From Candidatus Krumholzibacteriia bacterium (GTDB taxonomy: Bacteria > Krumholzibacteriota > Krumholzibacteriia > WVZY01), in assembly GCA_046754105.1 (NCBI GenBank), contig JBHHVD010000020.1, positions 1 through 40,907 on the forward strand: a DNA stretch of 40,907 bases. The letters are read 5' to 3'. Each line of letters opens with the position of its first letter. Positions within the stretch are counted from its first letter, which is position 1. The position numbers were made by a program, and so were the translations under genes. This document shows, piece after piece, positions 18,397 to 26,465 of this stretch. The notes below the pieces were generated by a model, which saw nothing but the letters and a program-made list of their open reading frames with translations, was not told the DNA's origin and ran no database searches.

Positions 18397-19341
18397 TTAC
18401 TCGACGACGCCCTCAGCAACCAGGTATTTCTCCGCATCCAGCGCGGCCATGCACCCGGTACCGGCGGCGGTAACGGCCTGACGGTACACCTTGTCCTGCG
18501 CGTCGCCCGCGGCGAAGACGCCGGGCAGGTTGGTGAGGGTCGAAAACGGCTTCGTGCGAATGTAACCGGTCTCGTCCATGTCCAGTTGGCCCTTGAAGAT
18601 CTCGGTGTTCGGGCGGTGGCCGATGGCCACGAAGAAGCCCTGGCAATCCAGCGTCGATTCGTCGCCCGTCTTCTTGTTCTGTAGCCGGACGCCCTTTACG
18701 CCTTCCTCGGGTGTGCCCAGGACGTCGGTCACTACGCTATCCCAAATCAACTCGATTTTCGGATTATTCAACGCCCTCTCCTGCATCGCCTTGGAGGCGC
18801 GGAGCTTGTCGCGCCGGTGGATGACATAGACCTTGCTGCCGAACTTCGTGAGAAACGTCGCTTCCTCCATCGCGGTGTCACCGCCACCCACGACGGCGAT
18901 GATCTTGTCCTTGAAAAAGAACCCGTCGCAGGTCGCGCACGCCGATACGCCGTGGCCCATCAGGCGCTGCTCGCTCTCGAGCCCCAGCAGCATGGCGCTG
19001 GCGCCCGTGGAAATGATCAACGTGTTGCACAGATACTTTTGATCCCCGGCGTACAATACCTTGGGGTTTTTCTCCAACTCGACGCGGTCGATCGCCACGT
19101 GTTCGGTCCGGGTTCCGAACCGCTGGGCCTGCTTTTTCATGATCTCCATCAGGTCCGGTCCCATGACACCTTGCTCGAAACCGGGATAGTTATCCACGTC
19201 GGTCGTGATCGTCAGCTGCCCCCCCGGCTGCGCGCCTTCCAGCACCAGCGGCGAGAGGTCGGCGCGGGCCGCGTAAATGGCGGCCGTGAGCCCCGCCGGT
19301 CCCGAACCCAGAATAATCACCTTGTGGACGTCTTCAGACAT
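18397..19341 (-). CDS. trxB: Thioredoxin reductase
   Basis: GSGPAG, CATC redox motif, GGGDTA, HRRD, VFAAGD. Confidence 0.97.
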   Translation of the reverse strand: MSEDVHKVIILGSGPAGLTAAIYAARADLSPLVLEGAQPGGQLTITTDVDNYPGFEQGVMGPDLMEIMKKQAQRFGTRTEHVAIDRVELEKNPKVLYAGDQKYLCNTLIISTGASAMLLGLESEQRLMGHGVSACATCDGFFFKDKIIAVVGGGDTAMEEATFLTKFGSKVYVIHRRDKLRASKAMQERALNNPKIELIWDSVVTDVLGTPEEGVKGVRLQNKKTGDESTLDCQGFFVAIGHRPNTEIFKGQLDMDETGYIRTKPFSTLTNLPGVFAAGDAQDKVYRQAVTAAGTGCMAALDAEKYLVAEGVVE

Positions 19342-19382
19342 TGCTCCTTTAACTCCTTCCCGTGTGAAAAAATACCAACGGT

Positions 19383-19410
19383 AGAATAAGCAAAATCATC
19401 GAATTGTCAA
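19383..19410 (-). promoter_or_regulatory. Sigma-70-type promoter of trxB
   Basis: TTGACA-N16-TATTCT. Confidence 0.5.
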
Positions 19411-19455
19411 GCGGGCCGCCCGAAGCGGCGGCCGGCGGCCAGGCAACGACGACCG

Positions 19456-19617
19456 TTAGAACCGATAGAGGAACGCGTCCGTCAGGTAGTCGTCGACGAC
19501 GCCACCTAGGGACGTGCCCAGCGAGCGGATACGGAGCGAGAGGTCGGTCTGTCCCCTGGCGTCGGCGGCGAAGAGGGCCAGGCAGCACGGGAGCCAGACA
19601 ATGGCGGATCGGTTCAT
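19456..19617 (-). pseudogene. 53-aa ORF, probable internally deleted outer-membrane protein gene
   Basis: Manual translation MNRSAIVWLPCCLALFAADARGQTDLSLRIRSLGTSLGGVVDDYLTDAFLYRF*: signal-peptide-like start and C-terminal YRF beta-signal; TTGACA-N17-TAGCCT upstream at 19752-19780. Confidence 0.5.
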
Positions 19618-19839
19618 CCAAAGCCTTGTGGTAAATGGACCAAGGGGGTTACGCGCACGCCATCCGTTAGTGGGCGGGCATCGACCGTACGGACCGCACA
19701 GCCGGCGGTCGCGCCCGGTGCCGGTGGCGGGAACCGGCGGAGGCCATACCGAGGCTACCCTGGAATCTTTGTCTTGTCAATCGTTTAGCCGATCTATATC
19801 ATTATAGAGGTCCCACCCCACAAGGCCACACGCAGACAA

Positions 19840-21132
19840 ATGCGCCGCCTCCCTCCCCCGATAACTCGCCTGTCCGTACTCGCCCTGGCCGCCGTCCTCA
19901 GCTGCAACTCGGACGGGCCGGCGGGCCCCGGCGGGGGTCCCGGCGGCGGCGGCAAGGACACCACGATTGTGCCCACGGATACCATTCCACCTTCGCAGGT
20001 TACGGATCCGGCCGTCACCTACAGCGAAGCAACGGGCCGGGCGACCTTTAGCTGGTCGGCACCGCACGACGACACGCCCGACCAGCCCGTGGACCGCTAC
20101 GAAATCCGCTACGCGCTGACCCTGAGCGCCCCTCCGGTGGTTTTCTGGGACCTTTCGATTCCCGTGTCCAACCCGCCCATCCCGGCCGCTCCCGGCGCCC
20201 CGCAACAGGTGACGATTTCCGGGCTGACACAGTTCCGCAACGTGTGGGTCGGGGTCCGGAGCTACGACGCCGCCGGCAACCGCTCGCCGGGCAGCCCCCT
20301 GGTATCGGCGAGGGTACCGGGACCGACGTTCAGCGGCCGCTGCGTGGATGTCTACACGGGCAACCCGGTCGAAGGGCTGCCGGTCCAGATTTCCGCCGGC
20401 ATCCTCGTGCGGGATACCACCAACGCAAACGGCGAGTTTTCACGCGGCGACCTGCCCCCGGGAGCGATCAACGTCCAGATATCGGACAACGTCGCGATCC
20501 CGGACTACCACTTCGTGAACCAGACCTTCGTCATGGACAGCGACACGACCTACTGCTTCGAAATGATTCCGGTGCAGGCTACACTGTCGCCGACATTGGG
20601 AGGTATGTCCCTGCTTGCGTTTTTCAAACAGATGACGTTCTTCAACGCCACAAACAATCCGTTTTTGGCAAAATGGAAACAGACGCCCGTGCGTTGTTAC
20701 ATAAATCCGTTCGTAAACAGTAGTGGCGTCGACTACGCAGCAGAGGCAAGAGCTGCGGCGCAGCGCTGGATGGACCGCACGGGCCGGGAGATCTTTACCT
20801 TCGTATCAACGCCCCCCGACACGGGGATCGTGGTGCATGAGAGGCCGCCCCAGACGGGGACCGCCGTGACGATTACCACGCTGGACCAGGACAAGCACCC
20901 GATCCTCGCCGAGATAACGGTCGACAACGATCTCGCCGATGCAAACCTGCTCTTCAAGGTGATGTTGCATGAATTCGGGCACACGATCCGGCTGGACCAC
21001 ACCAGTTTCCCAGAGTTCATTATGTTCGTCGGCCAGCCGCTACCGGACGCGATCACCCCGGACGAGGTCAACCTCGCCATCCTGCACCAGGCGATGCCGG
21101 TTCGCGTCGACATGAGGATCTACACCGAGTAA
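19840..21132 (+). CDS. Lipoprotein with FN3-like and beta-sandwich domains and a C-terminal metzincin (matrixin-like) domain
   Basis: Lipobox VLSC (Cys22), SWSAPHDD and SYDAAGNRS FN3 features, HEFGHTIRLDH zinc motif followed by an IM Met-turn. Confidence 0.8.
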   Translation: MRRLPPPITRLSVLALAAVLSCNSDGPAGPGGGPGGGGKDTTIVPTDTIPPSQVTDPAVTYSEATGRATFSWSAPHDDTPDQPVDRYEIRYALTLSAPPVVFWDLSIPVSNPPIPAAPGAPQQVTISGLTQFRNVWVGVRSYDAAGNRSPGSPLVSARVPGPTFSGRCVDVYTGNPVEGLPVQISAGILVRDTTNANGEFSRGDLPPGAINVQISDNVAIPDYHFVNQTFVMDSDTTYCFEMIPVQATLSPTLGGMSLLAFFKQMTFFNATNNPFLAKWKQTPVRCYINPFVNSSGVDYAAEARAAAQRWMDRTGREIFTFVSTPPDTGIVVHERPPQTGTAVTITTLDQDKHPILAEITVDNDLADANLLFKVMLHEFGHTIRLDHTSFPEFIMFVGQPLPDAITPDEVNLAILHQAMPVRVDMRIYTE

Positions 21133-21172
21133 TCAAGAGGCCCACTGGATCGAGGAGGGCGCAGGGGGGCGC

Positions 21173-21195
21173 AAAAAAACCCGCCGGGTGGCGGG
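21173..21195 (-). terminator. Intrinsic terminator on the - strand
   Basis: Minus strand CCCGCC-ACCC-GGCGGG followed by T7; both flanking genes are on +. Confidence 0.75.
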
Positions 21196-21328
21196 CGTAA
21201 AAACGGCCGGTATCGTTTTTTACCAGGGAGGTAACTCGGCACATGAGCACGAAATGGAGGAGAGTAGAACCGACTACTCTTTCCAGGAAGGGAGGTAAAT
21301 AAACGATACCGGCTTCCTTTTGGCTGTC
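21173..21328 (-). ncRNA. Candidate sRNA with repeated CCUCC motifs
   Basis: About 19-bp stem 21206-21224/21294-21313, inner hairpin 21261-21280, two copies of UUACCUCCCU, own terminator, TATATT -10 at 21335-21340. Confidence 0.65.
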
Positions 21329-21429
21329 GATAGGAATATAGTCACAGTTGTCGGCTCCTGCCACCCCTAATTACTTGTGAAAAATTTAATTTGAATGCCG
21401 TCTGTCCCGCCACCGGAAAGGAAACACAC

Positions 21430-24255
21430 ATGAACTCATTGAAGCATTTGAGGTTGGAACTCCGTTTACGCGCCGGTAAACTCTGGTTCGTAGTGGCCGC
21501 CGGCATCCTCTCGGCGGGTCTCGCCCACACCGCCCGGGCCAACGACTACCGGGAACCCGCCGTCGACAGCGTTTATGCCGGCCTCATCCGCGAGTACACG
21601 ACCGATGCGCAATTCCTCTCGCCGCTGGTCGATCACGTTCCCGCCGACCCCGACGTGCCTTCACCCCGGCAATTCCTCGGCTACATCCCCGGCACTCCCG
21701 GACGGCTGACGCACTACACAAGAATCAAGGAGTACTACGAAGCGCTGGCCGGCGCATCGCGCAACACGCGGCTTTTTTCCATCGGCAAGAGCAACGAGGG
21801 TAAGGAAATGGTGGTCATGGTGATCGCCGAGGAGAACGTCCTCGACGACCTCGGCCGCTACGCCGCTTATACGCGCCGGCTCGCCGACCCGCGGGTGACA
21901 ACGGAGGCGGACGCTGAATCGATCATCCAGCAAGCACGTCCCATTTACTATATCACCGGCGGCCTGCACTCGACCGAGACCGGCCCGCCCGAAATGCTCA
22001 TGGAACTGGCCTACCGTCTCGCGGTGGGCAAGAGCCAGTTCATCGAGCGCATCCGCAAGCACGTCATCACCATGATCACGCCGGTGCTGGAGACCGACGG
22101 CCGCGAGCGCATGGTCGACTGGTACAACCGCTACACGAAGGAGCATACCGACTGGGACGACATGCCCCCGCGCACTCCACCATACTGGGGCAAGTATATT
22201 TTTCACGACAACAACCGCGACGGCATCCAGCTGAGCCAGCCGCTCACACGCAACGTCGCGCGGCTTTTCTTCGACTACCATCCACAGGTCATGCTCGACC
22301 TGCACGAGTCGGTGCCGCTTCTCTACGTCTCCGCCGGGACGGGTCCCTACGGCCCCAACCTGGACCCGATCGTGACCAGTGAGTGGCAGTGGATCTCGAA
22401 CCACGAGGTAACCGAGCTGACCAAGTTCGGAATGCCCGGCGTGTGGACGTGGGGATTCTACACCGGCTGGTACCCCGGGTATCTCCTGTGGTGGGGAAAC
22501 AACCACAACAGTATCGGCCGCTTCTATGAAACGTTCGGTAACGCCGGTGCGACGACCATCGAGCGCGAGCTCAAGCAGAAGTTCGCCGGCAAGGAGGTCA
22601 CCAGCAAGCAGTGGTACCGCCCGTGGCCGCCCGACAAGAAGGTGAAATGGTCCATCCGCAACAATACGAACTACATGCAGACCGGCGTCCTGGTGAGCCT
22701 CGACTTCGTGGCGAAGAACGGCAAGTCGCTTCTCTATAATTTCTGGAAGAAGGGCGCCAACGCGGTCGAGCGAGGACGCACAAAGAAGCCGTACGCCTGG
22801 ATCGTACCCGCGGACAACCCGAACAAGTGGGAGCTTGGGTACCTCGTAGGCAACCTGCGCGCGCAGGGACTCGAAGTGCACCGGCTGGAGAAGTCGTTCG
22901 CGCCCGGCGATGCGAAATACGAAAAGGGTGACTTCGTCGTGCGCATGGACCAGCCGTACAGGGACCTCGCCAAGACGCTGCTCGAGAAACAGCACTTTCC
23001 CAAGGACGCGGATTTTCAGCCCTACGACGACGTGGCGTGGACCCTGCCGCTCCTCTACGGAGTCGAGGCCGACGAGATCGACGACAGTGCCGTACTCGAT
23101 ACGCCGATGTCCCTCGTCGAATCCGACGTGCAAATCGCCGGCGAGCGGCCGAAGGCCAGGCGCCGCGCTTACCTCATCTCGGCATCTCCGACCGAGAAAC
23201 TGATCGAGGCGCGTCTCATGCTGGGAGACATCGCCGTCTTCGCCGCAGAAGAGGCGTTCAAGGTGGGCAAGCGAAGTTACCCGGTGGGCAGCTGGATCAT
23301 CCCCGCGGTCGGGGATGCGCCCGGTCTTCGCGCGGCCGTCGAAGGCATCGCGGACAAGCTTTGCATCGACGTGTACTCGAGCCGCACCGTGCCCGACGTT
23401 CCCAAACACAACCTCGACTTTCCGCGCCTGGCGGTATTTCACACCTGGACCTACACGCAGGATTCCGGGTGGGTGCGCTTTACGCTCGACCGGGCCCGGG
23501 TCCCGTACAGTTTGATCAACAAGGACCAGCTCCGCGCGGGCGAGTTGCGCCGGCAATTCGACGTCATCCTCATCCCCGACCTCGGCAGGTGGTTCCAGCC
23601 CAAGCAGCTCGTCCACGGGGTGGACACCAAGTGGGGGCCGATGCCATACACGGCGAGCTCGGAGTTCGAATACCACGGGGCCGTGGATCGAACCGACGAC
23701 ATGACGGGCGGCATGGGATTCAAGGGCCTCGAACATCTCGAGTCGTTTATCGAGGAGGGCGGCACGCTCATCACGCTCGGCGCCGGCAGCCTCATCCCGG
23801 TCGAACTGGGGCTGGTGCGCGGCGTCGACCGCAAGAAGCCGTCCGGCTTCAACAACCCGGGGTCGATACTCCGCTCCCTGGTCACGGACAAGACGAGTAA
23901 TATCCTGTACGGGTACGGCGAGACACCCAACATCTTTCGCGGCAACCTGCCGCTCTTCGAGGTACCGAAGAAGTACCGGTCCTGGAAAGTGCTGCACTAC
24001 GGCACGGAACCCGACGAGGAAGACTCAGAAGACGGGGATGAAAAGAAGCACGAAGAAGAATCGAAGAAACCCGCTCCCATCTGCATCAGCGGACAGGTAA
24101 AGGGAGAAAAGCACCTCAAGGGCAAACCCGCGATCCTGGATATCGAGAAGGGCGACGGCCGGGTGGTGATCTTCAGCTTCAACCCCATGCACCGATACCT
24201 TACCCACGCGTCGTTCGGCATGGTCTACAACGCCATCATGAACTGGAACGATTAG
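21430..24255 (+). CDS. Secreted M14 family zinc carboxypeptidase-like protein
   Basis: Signal peptide, LHSTE, DNNRD, DLHE zinc and substrate motifs, C-terminal GATase-like domain; ATG 21430 with AAGGA RBS. Confidence 0.9.
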   Translation: MNSLKHLRLELRLRAGKLWFVVAAGILSAGLAHTARANDYREPAVDSVYAGLIREYTTDAQFLSPLVDHVPADPDVPSPRQFLGYIPGTPGRLTHYTRIKEYYEALAGASRNTRLFSIGKSNEGKEMVVMVIAEENVLDDLGRYAAYTRRLADPRVTTEADAESIIQQARPIYYITGGLHSTETGPPEMLMELAYRLAVGKSQFIERIRKHVITMITPVLETDGRERMVDWYNRYTKEHTDWDDMPPRTPPYWGKYIFHDNNRDGIQLSQPLTRNVARLFFDYHPQVMLDLHESVPLLYVSAGTGPYGPNLDPIVTSEWQWISNHEVTELTKFGMPGVWTWGFYTGWYPGYLLWWGNNHNSIGRFYETFGNAGATTIERELKQKFAGKEVTSKQWYRPWPPDKKVKWSIRNNTNYMQTGVLVSLDFVAKNGKSLLYNFWKKGANAVERGRTKKPYAWIVPADNPNKWELGYLVGNLRAQGLEVHRLEKSFAPGDAKYEKGDFVVRMDQPYRDLAKTLLEKQHFPKDADFQPYDDVAWTLPLLYGVEADEIDDSAVLDTPMSLVESDVQIAGERPKARRRAYLISASPTEKLIEARLMLGDIAVFAAEEAFKVGKRSYPVGSWIIPAVGDAPGLRAAVEGIADKLCIDVYSSRTVPDVPKHNLDFPRLAVFHTWTYTQDSGWVRFTLDRARVPYSLINKDQLRAGELRRQFDVILIPDLGRWFQPKQLVHGVDTKWGPMPYTASSEFEYHGAVDRTDDMTGGMGFKGLEHLESFIEEGGTLITLGAGSLIPVELGLVRGVDRKKPSGFNNPGSILRSLVTDKTSNILYGYGETPNIFRGNLPLFEVPKKYRSWKVLHYGTEPDEEDSEDGDEKKHEEESKKPAPICISGQVKGEKHLKGKPAILDIEKGDGRVVIFSFNPMHRYLTHASFGMVYNAIMNWND

Positions 24256-24440
24256 GGGTCACGGCGGCTCTCGAAGCCCCGGCCGCGTGCCACCGGTTGT
24301 TCCCTTTTCAAAAAGCCCTACGCAGGACACCCGGAAACGGTCCCCGGCGTGCCGCGCGCCGAGCCATCTGCGCCCTCTTGAGGAATCCGGCCGCGCCATG
24401 GGTACGGTCGAGGCCCTCCGCGCCACGCGCTCCACCCCTG

Positions 24441-24456
24441 TGGCACAGGCCTTGCA
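24441..24456 (+). promoter_or_regulatory. Sigma-54 promoter
   Basis: TGGCACAGGCCTTGCA, full consensus TGGCAC-N5-TTGCA, 33 nt upstream of ATG 24490. Confidence 0.85.
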
Positions 24457-24489
24457 CATCCCCGGAAACTTCTCAAAAGGAGGGGAATC

Positions 24490-25065
24490 ATGAAGCGTAT
24501 TCTGTTGGCTGCATTTTTCGTTATGGTCCTCGCCCCGGCGGCATGGGCCCAGGTGCCATTCGTTCCATCGTTCGAGTTCGGCGCAGGCGGCGGGCTCAAC
24601 TTCCCGATGGGAGGGATTGGTGACGGCATGAACAACGGGTACAATTTTAACGCGAGCCTTGGCTACAGCGTTGCTCCGATGTTCACCGTCGGTGCCGAAT
24701 TGGGTTTCTTTGGCAGCGGTGCCTCGGACGAGACTCTCGCCTTGCTGGGAACGGGCGCCGATTTCAGCATGTCGTCGATTCAGTTCACCGCCATGGCGAA
24801 GTACAAGGTTCCCCTGGCCATCCACAATTTGTATGCGAAAGGTCTCGCCGGCGGCTATCGCACGGCTACCGACCTGACGTCAGGCCTGGGCAACTTTGAC
24901 GCCTCGAGCACGAACTTCGGGTTCGGTATCGGCGGCGGTTTCCAGTTCAACGGTTTCAAGAGCTCCTCGATCTACACCGAGGGGATTTACCACCGCATTT
25001 CCGGGGCATCCTCGGACGGCGAGTTTGTAACGGTAAACCTCGGTGTGATGTTCTCGCTCAACTAG
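24490..25065 (+). CDS. Small outer-membrane beta-barrel protein
   Basis: Signal peptide ending AWA-Q, alternating Gly/aromatic beta strands, last strand VNLGVMFSLN; AAGGAGG RBS. Confidence 0.88.
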   Translation: MKRILLAAFFVMVLAPAAWAQVPFVPSFEFGAGGGLNFPMGGIGDGMNNGYNFNASLGYSVAPMFTVGAELGFFGSGASDETLALLGTGADFSMSSIQFTAMAKYKVPLAIHNLYAKGLAGGYRTATDLTSGLGNFDASSTNFGFGIGGGFQFNGFKSSSIYTEGIYHRISGASSDGEFVTVNLGVMFSLN

Positions 25066-25090
25066 GACGGGCCAGACACCTTTGTCCCAG

Positions 25091-25118
25091 GGGCCGCGCC
25101 GGTGCGCGGCCCTTTTTT
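25091..25118 (+). terminator. Intrinsic terminator
   Basis: GGGCCGCGC-CGGT-GCGCGGCCC followed by T6. Confidence 0.85.
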
Positions 25119-25231
25119 CTTGCCGACCTCGCAATGCCGGAGCAGGACGACGCGTGGCCAGCGGTGTGTACTGGGTCGTCGTACGGTCGCAGGGGGTCGG
25201 CGGCCGGCGCCGAATGGTACTGTTGAAATGA

Positions 25232-25594
25232 TCACTCGTCGCGGTGCACCGTTTCGGGTGAAAACGCGGGCAGGCACACCGCTATATACTCCGCGCCACC
25301 GGGTTGGGGAGTACTGTACCGCACCCATTCGCCTTTGGAAACGTGCACCGCCTGCCCGGCGCGAACGTCGATCGTGCCGTTCCGTGACGTAACGCGCAGC
25401 ATTCCTTGCAACACGATCGAATACTCGTCGAACTCGGGCGCCTGCCCCGGCTCCGCCCAGCCGCATGGGCTTTTCATGCGTGCTATGCTCACGTCGGTGC
25501 GTGCCGAGTTGACCCGGCCCACGTATTCCTCTATTACCTTGGGCTTCTCGCCAGCCGCCTTGACGATGGCGGGCCGCGGAATCAATTCCGGCAT
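25232..25594 (-). CDS. Cupin domain protein
   Basis: IEEYVGRVNS, WAEPGQAPEFDEY, VRYSTP; ATG 25594 with GGGGAGG RBS. Confidence 0.85.
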   Translation of the reverse strand: MPELIPRPAIVKAAGEKPKVIEEYVGRVNSARTDVSIARMKSPCGWAEPGQAPEFDEYSIVLQGMLRVTSRNGTIDVRAGQAVHVSKGEWVRYSTPQPGGAEYIAVCLPAFSPETVHRDE

Positions 25595-25611
25595 GAGGGC
25601 GCCTCCCCTTT

Positions 25612-26043
25612 TCATTCACCTCGGCTCGCCGCGAACATCTCACCCGGGTTGCGAAACGCCTTGAACTCGAGGCCGTTGCCGCTCGGGTCGACGACGAACA
25701 TCGTCGCCTGCTCTCCAGTCTGCCCCTCGAAACGGATGTAGGGTTCGATCAGAAACGACACGTCTGCCGCCCGCATGCGGCCGGCCATTTCGTGCCAGGC
25801 GTCCCAGTCGAGGACCGCGCCGAAGTGGCTGGCGGGGACCTGCTTGCCGTCGACGGCATTGGTCGACACCACGGGCATGTGCTCGGTCAGATGCGCCGTC
25901 ACCTGGTGGCCGAAAAAATCGAAGTCGATCCATCGTTCGCTCTCCCGGCCCGTCCGGCACCCGAGCAGTCCGCCGTAGAACGCCCGTGTCGTCTCCAGGT
26001 CCGAGACGGGAAACGCGAGGTGAAAGGGCGGTATCCTGGGCAT
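25612..26043 (-). CDS. VOC/glyoxalase family protein
   Basis: [28 protein letters not shown]. Confidence 0.92.
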   Translation of the reverse strand: MPRIPPFHLAFPVSDLETTRAFYGGLLGCRTGRESERWIDFDFFGHQVTAHLTEHMPVVSTNAVDGKQVPASHFGAVLDWDAWHEMAGRMRAADVSFLIEPYIRFEGQTGEQATMFVVDPSGNGLEFKAFRNPGEMFAASRGE

Positions 26044-26076
26044 GGTTATTCCTCCCGCGCGGCGCGCGCCGCGGCG

Positions 26077-26463
26077 TCAGACGCTTTCGATGACCTTCTT
26101 CAGCCTCCCCTGCACCTCGGCGGCTACGTCGCCCAGGGCGGGGTTCTCCACCGCGCCCATCGACGCGACGGGGTCGACGGCGGACACCTCGACGTTGCCC
26201 CCGGTTTGTTGCTGAACGATGACGTTGCACGGCAGCATGACGCCTATCTTGTCCTCGGCCAGAAGGGCCTTGTGGGCAAATTGCGGGTTGCAGGCTCCAA
26301 GGATACGGTACTTGTGAAAATCCACGTCGATCTTTTGCTTTAGCGTCGCCTGGACGTCGATCTCCGTCAGCACGCCGAATCCCTCGGCCTTGAGTAGCGC
26401 CGTTACGCGCTCGATGGCCTCGTCGAACTCGATCCCGACGCTTTTCGTGAAATGATAACTCAT
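26077..26463 (-). CDS. DUF302 family protein
   Basis: EGFGVLTEIDVQATL, YRILGACNP, LPCNV; GAGGAG RBS. Confidence 0.92.
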   Translation of the reverse strand: MSYHFTKSVGIEFDEAIERVTALLKAEGFGVLTEIDVQATLKQKIDVDFHKYRILGACNPQFAHKALLAEDKIGVMLPCNVIVQQQTGGNVEVSAVDPVASMGAVENPALGDVAAEVQGRLKKVIESV

Positions 26464-26465
26464 CT

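Noticed and set aside
21225..21298. CsrA/RsmA-sponge RNA on the + strand (GGA repeats)
   Set aside because: Terminator polarity and the -10 element point to a - strand transcript.
21661..23997. 778-aa antisense ORF and other long shadow ORFs (e.g. 38667-40568, 33980-35494)
   Set aside because: They overlap well-supported genes on the opposite strand, which is expected in high-GC coding DNA, and show no motifs.
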